The translations under genes were made by a program, and so were the position numbers. Positions 50,718-64,000 of a DNA stretch of 64,000 nt are shown here, piece by piece (position 1 is the first letter of the stretch; each line of letters opens with the position of its first letter). This DNA comes from Antedon mediterranea (Eukaryota; Animalia; Echinodermata): NCBI RefSeq assembly GCF_964355755.1, contig NC_092670.1, positions 22,306,795-22,370,794 on the forward strand. The letters are read 5' to 3'. The notes beneath the pieces are model-generated. The model searched no databases. It was not told the origin of the DNA and saw only the letters and a list, made by a program, of their open reading frames with translations.

Positions 50718-51353
50718 TTAAATTACATTATCAAAATTATTAAATAGCAAAATTATAAATGTCACAAATATAACCCACCACCCTGATTTAGTTTTGATTG
50801 CATCACTTGTTTTAGTTTTTTTCTCCGATTCTAACTTATCAAATGTGAAACATTCTCTGGTCGATTCCGATTTAACTTTAAATCTACGACTTTTGCAAAA
50901 ATCTTCTCCTGATTTGTACAACTTTCCAATCTTTGAACCTTTTAATATGGCGTCTTTGCAACTACCCCACATAATGTCACAGAATTCTTCACACACAGTA
51001 AGTCGCTGGCGATTGTAAAATAAATGCTGATTAGGGGCACAAATATAACACATCAAATAGTTCAAGTATTCTTGGCATTCTTTAGTGGCCCCTTGTAATG
51101 GTTTTACTTTTTTGAAAATTGATAAAAGTTCTTGATTTCGGCAACATGACGTATCTTTATACCAAGTACAATTTGCCAAATTTGGTTGTTCAGTTGGCGC
51201 ACGGTTGTTGAAGAAAGTACAATAATGTGGTTCATCCAGCAATTCTTCATTAGCTTCGGCGGAGCAAACACCAATGTCAATTGAGATGAATAAAACCAAT
51301 AATTGCATCCAAATGTAAAACAGCAAAGCATTTCTGATAGTCAACATCTTCAT
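50718..51353 (-). CDS. Folate-receptor/riboflavin-binding-protein family Cys-rich surface protein, 211 aa, single coding exon
   Basis: Signal peptide, C..Y...SCC, CYICAP, VCEEFCDIMWGSCKD, GEDFC, CF pattern, then a polar spacer and hydrophobic C-terminus suggestive of a GPI signal. Confidence 0.85.
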   Translation of the reverse strand: MKMLTIRNALLFYIWMQLLVLFISIDIGVCSAEANEELLDEPHYCTFFNNRAPTEQPNLANCTWYKDTSCCRNQELLSIFKKVKPLQGATKECQEYLNYLMCYICAPNQHLFYNRQRLTVCEEFCDIMWGSCKDAILKGSKIGKLYKSGEDFCKSRRFKVKSESTRECFTFDKLESEKKTKTSDAIKTKSGWWVIFVTFIILLFNNFDNVI

Positions 51354-53945
51354 TGCTATACATATATCGATCGTGTAAAAGAATTTGAAATTAGCTAGGC
51401 CCGAGTCTAATTGATGTTGCAGGTGCTAAATAGACATCTTTGCCGTGTGTGTGGAAGGTCGTTGCAAACTGAACGTTGATATTTTCATTACAGTACGTTT
51501 AAAATTGGTTTAATCTTTTGATGTAAATTATTGTATAATAAAATAAAAATCCAATTTCATTAAAAGTATAAACTTACGAGAACAGCTGACGTTTATTTGG
51601 ATATAAAAAAGATCTTCATTTTAGACTACCAAAACCTGAACGTTCTCAGCAGACAACACAATTATTAAGAAACAACTCAAGTGTAAAGAGAAATATGGTA
51701 CCACCTACAGAGGGCGCACTAATGAATTTTAATTAAAAAACAAGTTGTGTTTGAACGATTTGCGCAATGCGGGGATTACCCTTTTAGTTGAACTACGCCC
51801 CGTACAGTTTTTCTTACACTACACAGTTTCAAATTGCGTCAATTCCCACATAATATTTATTATATTTTGTGTTTATAATTATCTTTATTTTAAAAACAAT
51901 CGCGAAAAAATGATACAGATAATTATGCGAGAAATCATGAAGTTATTTATGGTATCTAAATTCTAATATATAATATTAATAATAGAGTTCATTATAGCCT
52001 ATATCTTTATGAAATAAATCACCGTATAAATCAAGTCGTAGTTATATATATATATACATAGTAGTTATATATATACTGTAATGTATGTCATAGTATTCTG
52101 TTCATAAGTATAATACAGTATTCTTTCAGTGAGCATGTTGAACAGATAATGCTCAATTAATATTTTTCAATGTCTTCTTTATAGAATTGTTTATAAACTC
52201 AATTGTTTCTAAATATCTCCAGGCCAAACCATCGCAAAAACAGGAAAAAGGCAATGACTGGAATAGTGGTTGGTAATAACAACACATAGTAGCACAATGT
52301 TTCTGGTTCAAGACAGTCTTCTAACATCATCTATAATATTTAGAAAAAAAGAAATGCATTGGGTTTGTAATAATAATTAGGAATTCTCAGGTTAAAAAAC
52401 TTTTTTTATTTAATGTCATAATTCTGTAATAATTGTCAACTTTGAAAATAAATTGGATATGTTTTACCTATAAAAGCTGGTTGTTTATGATTGTAACAAA
52501 TTAGTACAGTAGTATTTAGCTTTATTTTGTAAAGCAAAATCATTATTGTTGTTCCGCACATTTATTTCTCAAATTAACCAATCTAGGAATACTAATGTGT
52601 ACATATAATATTATTACTATATCAAAACTACAAAATAAGCTTTGATTTTAGTTATCTTAATAATATCTTCCATGTTTTGGATGGTGATTTATGATGTTCA
52701 TATTGTAATTTGTAGCGCTATTCATTGAAATCAATCACATGTATTTGAGCAAAACCAGGTCGAAACGACCACCTTACTTACTAGCAATGAAATGAACACT
52801 CAAATCGTAGCTGGACGAGGGGCAGAGAGGACGAGCGAGGATAGGCCTGGACACTAACATAAGTCAGTAGTATAAGAAAGTCCACCACATGAATTGAACA
52901 ATAAAACAAATAAATTTCTTCTATATCTAGCTATTTACTTTTTATGTTTCACTGTATAAAAAGCAAATATTTATTTACGTTTCTTTACAGCATCTAAAAG
53001 CCTAGACTTAGTAGTTAGTAGTCCGAGCTAGACATTGTTGTTGTTGATTATGTATTTTTTGTTCATATCGCCCTCTCTATACACAAAATTAAAAATGTAA
53101 AAAAAAACGTTTTTTGGCACGTGGTCATAGTTTCTTGTACTTTTTTTTGTACGCTGATGAGTAATGATTTATGATATGAATGTTTTATTTATTACAATAC
53201 ATGACATGGTCAATATTCTTTGTTCACGACCCCAAATATTCAGTAGGGATCCGGATGATAGACCATCCATGGTGTACCGAAAACTTCCTGCTTGGCTGCT
53301 ATAATTTTCAATAGTGCAGGATGCGGTCAGCGTGCGGGGTGCATGCGAACCAAAGAGTTTTTTGGCGGTACTCGTAACTGGTTCCTGATCTTGTTGTGGA
53401 TACATGCATGTAGCCCAAAACAAAGGAAGGTCTCAATATTGGTCATCACATGTCCTTGAATTAAAATTAAAACTTACTATGTTTTGACAACGCAATACAG
53501 TAATGCGGAGTTTGTATCATTTTAAATACTACTATACTCTTATACTTATTGTTATTACAGTATTATTAAAAGTTGAAAAGACGAGAAGTAAAGTGAAGTG
53601 TGTGGACTAATATTATGTTGGCTCAGGCGAGAAAATGTTGCGTTTAAAGAAAATCGTCATGGCCAATGGTGTGATCAAAACAACTTCCATGCCAACCGGG
53701 CCAACCAAGATGAAACCAGATGAGGGCAGATTGAACATAGCGAGCAGCTACTGGGTCACGCCCACTACCATTTAACCAATCAGAATGCTACTTTAGTTGA
53801 CGTTTGACGCTTGAGTAAATCTGCTTATAAACACAAAGACGGCACCATTCGCCAGTTGTAGTACATTTTCGAAGAAGCAGGGTTGTTATTCAACGGCATT
53901 TGTAATAAATTGTTAAATTATTGTTTTTCTGATACCTCAATTACG

Positions 53946-56900
53946 ATGTTCACGAGTAAGATTTTGAAAAATACGGCAAATCATTTTAAAAATGTGCCTG
54001 CCTACCTACACAACACTGGTGAGTATATAAAAGAAATGCAAATTACGACATGCTACGTACGTAGAGGAATTAATAGCACTACGTATAATGTGGTATTACG
54101 TAAGATAGGACTGCAGAAACTGAAAGGCTGGACGTCCAATACAAAATATAATTTAGCAAAAAAGGTGTTTTTAAAAAATGGCTACTCCATCTATATCATC
54201 ACTGTTCATATATAATAATCTAGGCTGTAATTACCATTATACTGTAATAGTTTACGGGAAAGAAAAATGGAATAATTACATAGTAAACTTATTTTCACAG
54301 GTCCACGTTCACTGACGGCTCTTCCAAAACTCATGGGTCAAGAATATGATGCTCCCAGCATGAAAACAAACTGTCCAGGCCCAAAGTCTAAGGTAAATAC
54401 ATACACCTTATGCGCTCTCTGAATACATTCTTCTTTAACATATACTTATTACTTGTTAGTGTTTTTATTGTAAAGGTTGTACAACGTCTTTTTCAGGCTC
54501 TGTCTTTGTTGTACGTCCTCCATCTTAATTAGGTGATCATTTAGAATAAAATGATCACCTATTGTTATTGTATGAAATCTTTATTCTTTTTATTTATTTC
54601 TTTCTGTACAGATTTTGTGTGTCAATTATCTCAAAAAGTTAAATGTCAATAATCACAAAAATTTCAAAATATATTTAAAATAATTTAATTTAGTTGTAGT
54701 TAGGTTTTCAGTGTGATCACTCATCCGTGACGTCATTTATACGCCATTTTGTGAAATCACATTATCAATCATATCTCCATAATACATTTAATAATCTAAA
54801 TAGCAATCATATCGATATTTTTAATGATAGACTTGGTTATTTTAAGAGGATGATTATGTGTTCACTTCTTGAACAGCCTGCATAACCTGTTTGATTAATT
54901 GAAATTGTTTATGGCATGCCGATCTATGTTATATATATATATATTTATATATTTTATCTGTATTTTATTGTTAACCGTTTTTGATGTTGTATTGTTTTAT
55001 GTTTCAAACCTGTTAGTGGCGGTATTTATCGCTGTTGGTTTTGACTGAATAAAATAAAAATAAAAATAAAATAAAAATTCATTATCACATGTGAATAAAA
55101 TTCACTACACATAAACTTCAGGTCAAAACTAAAAATATTTGCAAATAAAAACTTGCGCGTTTCAAGGTCATGCGCTAGAAATTGCGCGTTAACAATTTAA
55201 AAAGCTCAAAATTAAGTTTTGATCAATTTAGAGCATCAATTGGGCCATTTGCGTGTTTCAAAGAAATTCCTGCGAATCTTAGAAAGCGTAAAATAATAAA
55301 ATTTGTTGTATAAATTACATTCTACTCACAATTCTTAGTACATTTACAGAATTTGAGTCAATTCCGACTTAAAATAACGCTATACGTGCGCGTTAAAAAT
55401 GACAAAATGCACAAATTAATTGCACAAAAGTGCTGAAAATGGTAAAAAATAAGGCAATTTTAAAATGAAAATATTTCTTCAGAATGCACGATGACCCCTA
55501 TTTTTTTTTACGTATTCTGGAAGCCATTGAGTTGTAGATATGAATTCATTTTCACATTTGGCGGACAAAATGTTGCGACGTCATCAAATGGCCACTTCAA
55601 TTTAAAAATTAGGATTTTTCATCTTTTTTTGTAGGTTATCACATTCAATAGAGCGCATCTCCGTTATTTGAGCCAGATTTTCGCTCAATTTTCAGTATGT
55701 GCTTTCTAAATTAATTATCTTTATCATGACTTGCCACTATTTTAATTTCGATGGCGTCATCACGCGTAAAAACTTGAATAACGTAGGTTGTGTAATTTGA
55801 CCTTCAGCGTATTTTTAAATATCTCACATATTTTTTGAATTAAAGGTGACCTTGTTGATTATAATTGATTATGAAAGTTGATGAAATGTAGATATAAATT
55901 CATAGAAAAATTAAGCTTTTCGTATGTTGTGACATTATGATATGGCCAGTTGAATTTAAAAAGTAGTTTTTTCATCTCTTTCGTGAAAGTTATAACAAAT
56001 TCAAAGAGTGCGCACTGCGCATTTACGTGCCAAATTTTCTTCCTAAATCTTAAATTTTGTTGCTCAATTCTTTATCTTTCGATATTGTTATCCACAAGTT
56101 TATTTTGAGAATATCATCAAAGCCAAAAAATTAGAACATGATGTGTGTCCGTAATTTCACTAATGCTACACTGTATAAAGATATACAGTATATACAGTAT
56201 AATATACTGTATATGGCATATAATAGGCACAACTCAGCACTATAAGCGTATAGGAGGATGGCATACATCAACATTTTCTGATTGTATGTTAACTGTGCAT
56301 GTTTAAAAAATATTAATGTCAATAAAATTATAAAAATGATCACCTATAATTCATCAAAGAGTGATGAATTAAATTTTAGTTTGTATTTTATGTTTATGAT
56401 GGAAAATAAAGATTGATTGATTGACTTCTTGACCTTGGATGTCTCTTTAATATAAACAGGTACAGCAATGAAAACAGCAGTACTTTATTCATATTTCTAT
56501 AGTATGCTTTAATCGTGGAGAAACAACAAATTTATCAATTGACTTCATCATCATCTTTAATTACTGTACTAACCATAATTTTTTACACATGTGATTGTGG
56601 AGAAAGGCATAAAAAAATGATGTTTCCCCTCAAACACATTTTTCTACAGCACCCACTACATTTGAACTTCTTACTTATTAATTAATATTTTTGTTGGCAA
56701 TTTATATATTGTATATGTAATTTTTTATTAATTGAAAAAAATCTGACCAATCATATGGGCAAAATGTTTTGGCCATATTCATTCAGTCAGCCTGTCAATC
56801 AATGATGTTAAACAGTTAAGAACAACAATTGAATAGTTTTTTATTATCACCAAATGTTATCAAATTGAATAATGTGCATAAGTTGATTTAATCATATCCC

Positions 56901-59900
56901 ATATAGCAATAAAATCCATAAGCCTTTTGGTTGAGGTGTGGGAAGAGAGATATGTTGAGGTGTGGGAAGAGAGATATGTTGAGGTGTGGGAAGAGAGATA
57001 TGTTGAGGTGTGGGAAGAGAGATATGTTGAGGTGTGGGAAGAGAGATATGTTGAGGTGTGGGAAGAGAGATGTATTGAGGTGTGGGAAGAGAGATGTATT
57101 GAGGTGTGGGAAGAGAGATGTATTGAGGTGTGGGAAGAGAGATGTATTGAGGTGTGGGAAGAGAGATGTATTGAGGTGTGGGAAGAGAGATGTATTGAGG
57201 TGTGGGAAGAGAGATGTATTGAGGTGTGGGAAGAGAGATGTATTGAGGTGTGGGAAGAGAGATATGTTGAGGTGTGGGAAGGGATTGGGGGTTACTTAAC
57301 AACATACACAGGTAAAGATCTAATTTTTACGATTCAACCAAATTAAAATACAGTAGACTGTAATAGGCTGGTTTCACCTGAACAAAACGCAAAACAGATA
57401 TGACGGGAAAATAAGGAAAAAAGGATAAGCAAAATCACTGTATTGTAGCTCTAAGGGCTTTGTTTAAAAGAAATTACAGTATGGTATTATTTTGATATAA
57501 TTATGCAAGAAGAATGTAACCTACTACTTGCCCCCTACTGATTTCACTCTCAATTTATCCTGACTGCTAGTTGACCTAGATTCACCACTGTACAAACGTC
57601 CAGATGATCCCTACAAATTTGTATAAGGGATTCTCTACAAATATTTAACAATTGATATTTTCAGAATAAATTTCATGACATCAAGATTAATGATGATTAC
57701 TAAAGGAAACCATTGGAAACTAATCATGCGTCTAATCATCATGTAACATTTTTTTTTCATTAAAGAAGATTAATAAATCAGACTTTAAAAATTTAACCAA
57801 ACCATTGTTTTTTTTTTTCAGGAAAATACATAATTTATTTTTAGAACCAGTTTTTGGTCAAAGTGAATAACTATTAGATGACATTAAAATAACATATTCA
57901 ACAACAACAAAATGTTTTATTTGAGCAAAAAAATCTATTACCAGTACAAAGAACTTTCAATTCCTATTGACCCAAAAGTGTTCCGGCCTTTGTTTCAGTT
58001 TTACCTCACCTATTGTATCATATCATGTGATTTAACAATAGATGTAAACTTGAGTTTGGTTGCCAAGTTTTGTTTGATTTCATTATGTTGCTTTTTTTTA
58101 TTTGGTTATGAGGTTATTGCTATTATACATGGAATACATTGTTGAGGTTGTGTGGTATTAAACCAATTAGGCCAAATAATAAAAAAAGTTAGTTTCACAT
58201 CCGGGTTCGGATTTTTTAAATATTTTTTATGATTGCACTATTAGCTATTTTCTGGAAGTCCTGTCAGTGTTCACAAAATCGTTACTATGCAGTTTCAAGA
58301 AATAACTTATTCTTTCAATTTTTTTTTACCACAATTATTTGGAAAGAAATTGAAATAGCTACAGTAAAAGCAAATAAAGTCAACCGTATTTTGAAGAAAA
58401 TATAGAAGCCATGTTGATAATTTGTTGACTAATTGATCATAAGATGAAAAAATAATAATTTTCTTACTTTTTTTTAGGAACTATTAACAAGGTATGAAAA
58501 AACTAACAGGGTAAGTCATCACTATATTAATTCAGTTATATGTTTGCCTACTGATCTCAAGGATTTGGTTCAAATCCTGAAGAATTTTTAAACAAACATT
58601 ATAATATTAGTAATTATAATTATTATACTAACTTAATACAAGAAAATATTTATTCAAAACCAAATTTGTGTTATGTTTCAATAGTAAAGGTATCAGACAA
58701 GCAAATGAGACCGAGACATGGTACTGTACCACATTCCTCAACTGAATAATACAGAATAATATTAATAATTTTGTTTAAATTTTCAGTTGGATTTAAAAAA
58801 AAAGAATAAAAATGCCATGCACCAACAGACTAATAGAAACAAATAGTTAAAAATAATTTTTCCTTTGCTTTCCAGAATATTGGACATGTGCAATTTTTTG
58901 TAGACCTTGAAGCGAGCCGCGGAAACTATGTTGTTGATGTCGATGGCAACCGCATGTTAGACCTCTTCACACAGATCTCATCTTTGCCTTTAGGTAAGAA
59001 GGACATTCATTTTTATGTAAATCGACATTACAAGATGGATAAGCCCGTAGCGAGGGGCTTTGAGGGTTTGAATGAACCCCCCTCCCCCTTTTTTTGGTGT
59101 GACCTTTTCAACTGGATACCAATAGCGAAAGTGACAACCTAGCTCATGATGATTTTTATATATGACAAGGACTTCATAAGGGCATCACATTACCAACATC
59201 TTCATAGTACTACGTACTTGCATGTAACGTCAACAAAAGATTTGATTCAAAAAATTAGTCCTAAAAACTAGTACAGTACAATGCTCCTTTAATACTTTTT
59301 TTGGGGTTGGAGTGCGGGGTGGACTGAATTGGTGTACTAATATAAATGGCTTATTACTTATATAAACAGTTTTATTTTTCAAGAACTTCGCAAGGTTTTT
59401 GTTTATTATTCCGGGAAGTGCTATTAAAAACCAATAAAACCAAGGGAATCGGTTTAAATATTGGACACAAAATATGGAATTTAGATAATACTGTAGGCAG
59501 GTGTTGTTGGTATGCAGATATTGTTTACAGTAATAAGTGTAGCTATAAATAGATAGAATAAAAATGTGAGGGAAAAGAGGGGAAAGCTTTAAGATTTATT
59601 TGGAAGAAGTATTCAAACAGTTGTGGGATCATATGGCATTTCATCAAATTTCGTTATGTGGGCATCAATATTAACATTTCATAGTGATTCAAATTTTTCC
59701 AATTGCTGTAAATTCGTGGGATGCATAGAATCGTTGTTTACACTTTGAACCTGAGCAGTATATGAACATTTATAATTTGCCTGAGACAACTGTCTCGGAA
59801 TTGTATTGTAACATAAAATGATTTTCTTCAGGTTACAATCACCCAGCCATACTTGAGGCTATGCAAGATCCATCAAATCTGGTAAGATTTCGTGGAGTTA

Positions 59901-62900
59901 CTTTAAACTGTACTATATTTTTTATGGATCAGTTCGAGTCCCCTGTAACACCAGATCTTTTCCATCCTTTGTTCATAGACAATGACAACCAGCAATTTAT
60001 GCAGTGTTTACAGAGACACCAAAAAAAAATAATATTATTATGCTCTACCTTTCTTTCCAAATTTCTATGAGATTTTAAATTTTTTTACCAACTTCATACA
60101 ATGTTATTTCATCACTGTTAACAGCAGTTTACAGCATTTACAAACAAAATACACATGTCATTATCATTCAGTAAGGTGCGTAACAATCTGATATTATTAT
60201 TCAGGATAAAAAAAAACCCCTCAATTATTGAGGATATCTTAGCCAAGGATTTTTCTTTAACATTTAATTTTACATTTTTAAGTGAAATTTTTATTTTTGG
60301 TTCCGATCTTCTTTCGAATTGTGAATATTATTATTATTATTATGTACAACAATTTCTTGTTAATTCTGGAAGATTTGATTGATGTTTCTGTTAGTTGTTT
60401 TAAAATGTTGTATTTGTTAATCTGAGGCGCCTTGAAGCTAAGGTGGTTCCATCTTGTAAGGCGCCTCTGTGTAATATACTGAATAAAAAAAAAACAAATA
60501 AAAAAAAAACCCCTTTTTAATATCTTTTAAATACTATAATTAATATAATAACCAGTTTATACTTGAAAATTCTTTATAATCATTTCAATACAATTCAATA
60601 CAACTTCAATATAAGTTAATACATTAGCTATTCACTATTAAAAATATAGAATCTCATCTCATCATCATTTTATGAGACGTTTGACAAGGATTTATGGATA
60701 CTTGTTATGTACTGTACAGTACAGCACTTTCTTTACATTCACTCTCTGCTTGCTGAACAATATAGCAGAACAAACATTTGCTTCTTTTAGACAGGTTCTC
60801 AACAGTCCAATAATCTACAGTACGACAAAGAAGTACCAAATTGAACATTTTTGTGCGAGATGAACTTCAAGATTACAAGTTTGCCCTTAATTATACATGA
60901 GAATTTATAAGTAACAGATATAGTTACATATAATTTTGATAACATATAAACAGAATGATAGTGGATTGATAGTAATTCTATGATTTTTATTACAGGTGAC
61001 AATTGCCAATAGACCTGCACTAGGCGTTCATCTCCCAAATGGCTACACAGAAAAATTAGAAGAAATCATGATGCCCGTAAGTTAAAAAGAAACAATACAT
61101 TCATGTTGGTTGATTTAATATATTATTATTTTCTGTAAGGTAATCTCTCGCCAAAAAAAAATATTTTTAGAATAAATGTAAAATAATAGATTGGAGAATT
61201 GCTTTTTTTTTCAAAACACAAGTTTTTAGTTCTTTCTGTTATTTCTTTCATTTTTATTTTTTATTTTTAAGCACTTGGGGACACTATTTTTTAATGAATT
61301 TTCACATTGACCCTAAATTTTCCTGCATTTTTGTAATTATTTTTGCCTTTAAATAATAACAATTAAAACTACTACAATGCTGAAGAGTGGATGCTATTCT
61401 CAGTCAAAATCTGTATTTTTGTTGTTGCAGATTGCACCGAAGGGTTTAGATTATGTACAAACTATGATGTGTGGATCATGTTCAAATGAAAATGCAGTCA
61501 AACAAGTATTCCTGTGGTATCGAGTAAGTAAATTACCAAACATCCTCAGTTTGAACTCATCCTTAATGTGATGTGCCTATATACTGTATGGACATGTTAC
61601 TGTCATATTTGGGTTTATCACAATACAATATTAATATATATTCCTGTAATATCAATTAAGTAAACTATTGAATTCTAAACACCCTTAGTTTGAACTTATC
61701 CTTATAGTGAGGTGGCAGGTGAAGTGGCGTAACGCATGGGACCTCCGGTTTAGCATACCTAATGGATCCTCCAATACTGGGTAGTTGCATTGGGGCAGCT
61801 TATGCTTTGGGGCCCCTTAAACTCTGGGCCCTTAGGTTTAGCCAGTGAGCGCTCAAAACTAAAAATTTAAAATTAATTTAAAATCTAGTTTACTATTATA
61901 TACTGTGTTTATACAATCTTTTGTAAAGAATTTAAAGAACGTCTTTTTTGTATTAAAGAATTATATAAAATGACTGTATATATATATTTATATAAGAAAT
62001 TTAACAAACATCTTTTTAGTTTGGAATTCTACAATATTTGCTATAAATGCATTATTTGATATGGCCCCCGTCATATACAATGCACAGTACTTTGTCTTAT
62101 TTGAAGCATGATGTAATATAATATCAAAGGGTGGATTAAGGATTAACAATTTCTGTGTAATGGTATGTGTGCTGAGGGCCCGAAGAAATGTCTTGACTCT
62201 TCGGTACAGTGTGGTTTGAATCCCGATGAGACCAGCCATCCTTGAGACAGCGTCGGGACTTTAAAACATGTTTAATTTTCTCCTGACGAGACGTTTCGTC
62301 AAGCCTCGTGGTACAACGCTGTCTGACTTAATTAATTGATGATTAATTAGTTTTATATAATATATATATATATTAATATATTAGTGATATCATTTAACTC
62401 AAAACTAAATTCAGAACTAAAAGAATTTCTGTATCTGTAAGCTAATCGAATCAATAGTACTCAGTTTAATTTATGATTTACGATTCTATTATTATATGCA
62501 ATACATTTGTCACTGATACTTTGTTATGCAATTCATTGTTACATGCCTGTGACTGTAAAGGGACAGTTCATGTTAGGTCTTAAAGGGACAGTCATCATTA
62601 TCATTCTAAATTCCTATAATGTCCAGTGTGATGATATGCCAATTCAATCATCACGGCAAATTGACTAAAATGCTAATTTCAGAGAACGAAAAGAGGTGGC
62701 GCGGAAGTGACACAAGAAGAAATGGATACATGCATGGTGAATGAGGTACATATTTATAAACATGTCTGTAATAATAAGTGGTGCAAACTTATAATCCCAA
62801 GGTCTAATGTTCAAACCATGTATGAGTCGGGTTTGCATTCTAATCACGACAATAATATTTTTTTAATTCTTTCATTTAAATATTTTTAGAGCACTTTTAT

Positions 62901-63007
62901 GGTACTCTTTATCAGTTTTTAAGTGCTTTATTTTTTTTTCTAGGCCCCTGGTAGTCCACAGTATACATTTATGTCATTTAATGGCAGTTTTCATGGGCGC
63001 ACAGTTG
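53946..63007 (+). CDS. ABAT: 4-aminobutyrate aminotransferase (GABA-T), mitochondrial; continues beyond the window
   Basis: Exons 53946-54018, 54301-54392, 58478-58510, 58876-58993, 59832-59881, 60996-61076, 61431-61523, 62683-62745, 62944-63007. [64 protein letters not shown]. Confidence 0.97.
54525..56382 (+). mobile_element. Helentron-associated element (HINE), third family
   Basis: 5' AGGTGATCATT..AATGATCACCT palindrome, 3' subterminal AATGATCACCTA followed by hairpin TAATTCATCA-AAGAG-TGATGAATTA and a T-rich end. Confidence 0.7.
56931..57281 (+). repeat. 24-bp minisatellite, about 14.5 copies
   Basis: TTGAGGTGTGGGAAGAGAGA(TATG/TGTA) repeated in ABAT intron 2. Confidence 0.97.
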
Positions 63008-64000
63008 GTAAGTAATACATTTAAATTCCTTCGTACGTATGTAGGGCATGTGTTGGCTTAAGGCTTGTACTGTAATGCATTTATACACAAAGCATAAAAC
63101 ATATATTTATTTCTGTCTGTTACAGTGACTACATATTCAGTTTTAAGTTTTAAAGTTCTGATTTTAAAAGTGACTAGAATATAAAATGGTTAATTTCATT
63201 ACTATGTGTATATACTGTACGTATGCTTTTCTTTTTTTTTTTTAAATATTAAATAATAAGATTTATATGGATTTAAAGACCTTATGTTGAAGCATTTGAT
63301 AGATTAATTTAAGAATTATAGATAGATTGAAATTAGCACTACAGTATTGTATTATTCTTTTATGTGTAGTAAATGAATTTAAAATACTAACTGTATAGGA
63401 AGATATACTATATTATTTGAGGTCAATGTGTGCACACATGCAAGTTTAATAAAAAAACAGCTGGGGCTAAAGTAATTGAATTAAATTGAGCACTAGCTTT
63501 CCAGTCAATTACATCATATATACTTTTGTTCCTTGCGACGTGTCTCAACAACTTTTTATTTTAAGATATTCTTGACATTGCATAGTATAAATTAAATAGA
63601 CGTGACAGGTTTGTGCATGTCTTGAAATAATCCTTCATTTCATATAAATAATGCATCTGTAGCAGAATGTCATGAATTATTAGCAAAGGCTGACTCATGT
63701 TACTTATAAATCTTGAATATCAAATCTAAAATATGAAACAATTTTAATATGTAGCTCTAAAGTCCTATATTTCTATAATACAAGTCTTGTGACATTTGTA
63801 TTTGAGTCATATCAAATTATAATAAAATATGAATAATTTTTAAATAATTATTAAAACATCTTGTAAAATCCATATTTGTTACTTATATATGTGTTTTTCT
63901 GTTGTAAATCTATACCTGTAAATCAGTCTCACTGTATTAATGAGGATGATATTCTGATAAAGCCTACATACTGATAGATAAAATTGGAAAATCAGTTAGA

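Noticed and set aside
53169-53450. Relatively GC-rich stretch with an 84-aa minus-strand ORF upstream of ABAT
   Set aside because: No recognisable domain or convincing splice pattern. Left unannotated.
56892-57346. Three long repetitive ORFs on both strands
   Set aside because: They result from a stop-free 24-bp tandem repeat inside an ABAT intron.
62210-62310. CTGACGA-GACG/CGTC and TCCCGA..TCGGGA hairpins in an ABAT intron
   Set aside because: The GAAA box is missing, and the nearby GGTTTGAATCCC looks like a decayed SINE B box.

Overview
AT-rich, intron-containing animal genomic DNA. A marine invertebrate deuterostome (echinoderm-like) is inferred from a Deu-domain SINE and vertebrate-like exon structures, but the species cannot be read from the sequence. 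Gene order: SLC25A17/PMP34 (-, runs off the left edge) head-to-head with cyclin B (+), tRNA-Leu(AAG) (-), ICT1/MRPL58 (+), three tandem ASMT/HIOMT-like SAM-dependent methyltransferases (+; copy 1 has a nonsense codon, copy 2 has the catalytic His replaced by Gln, copy 3 is canonical), an NT5M/NT5C-like HAD protein that has lost its catalytic motifs (+), a C7orf50/WKF-domain gene (+), an intronless folate-receptor-family gene (-) and GABA transaminase ABAT (+, runs off the right edge). Introns and spacers are dense in mobile DNA: a long decayed L1/Tx1, L2/CR1/Rex fragments, Helitrons, Helentron-type elements, a solo LTR, SINEs, MITEs and Penelope-like remnants. The strongest unannotated signals are back-to-back hammerhead ribozyme motifs in an SLC25A17 intron, the intact but apparently catalytically dead NT5M-like gene, and active-site divergence among the methyltransferase copies. 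Exon boundaries were read by eye; all family assignments come from recognised motifs, not database searches.
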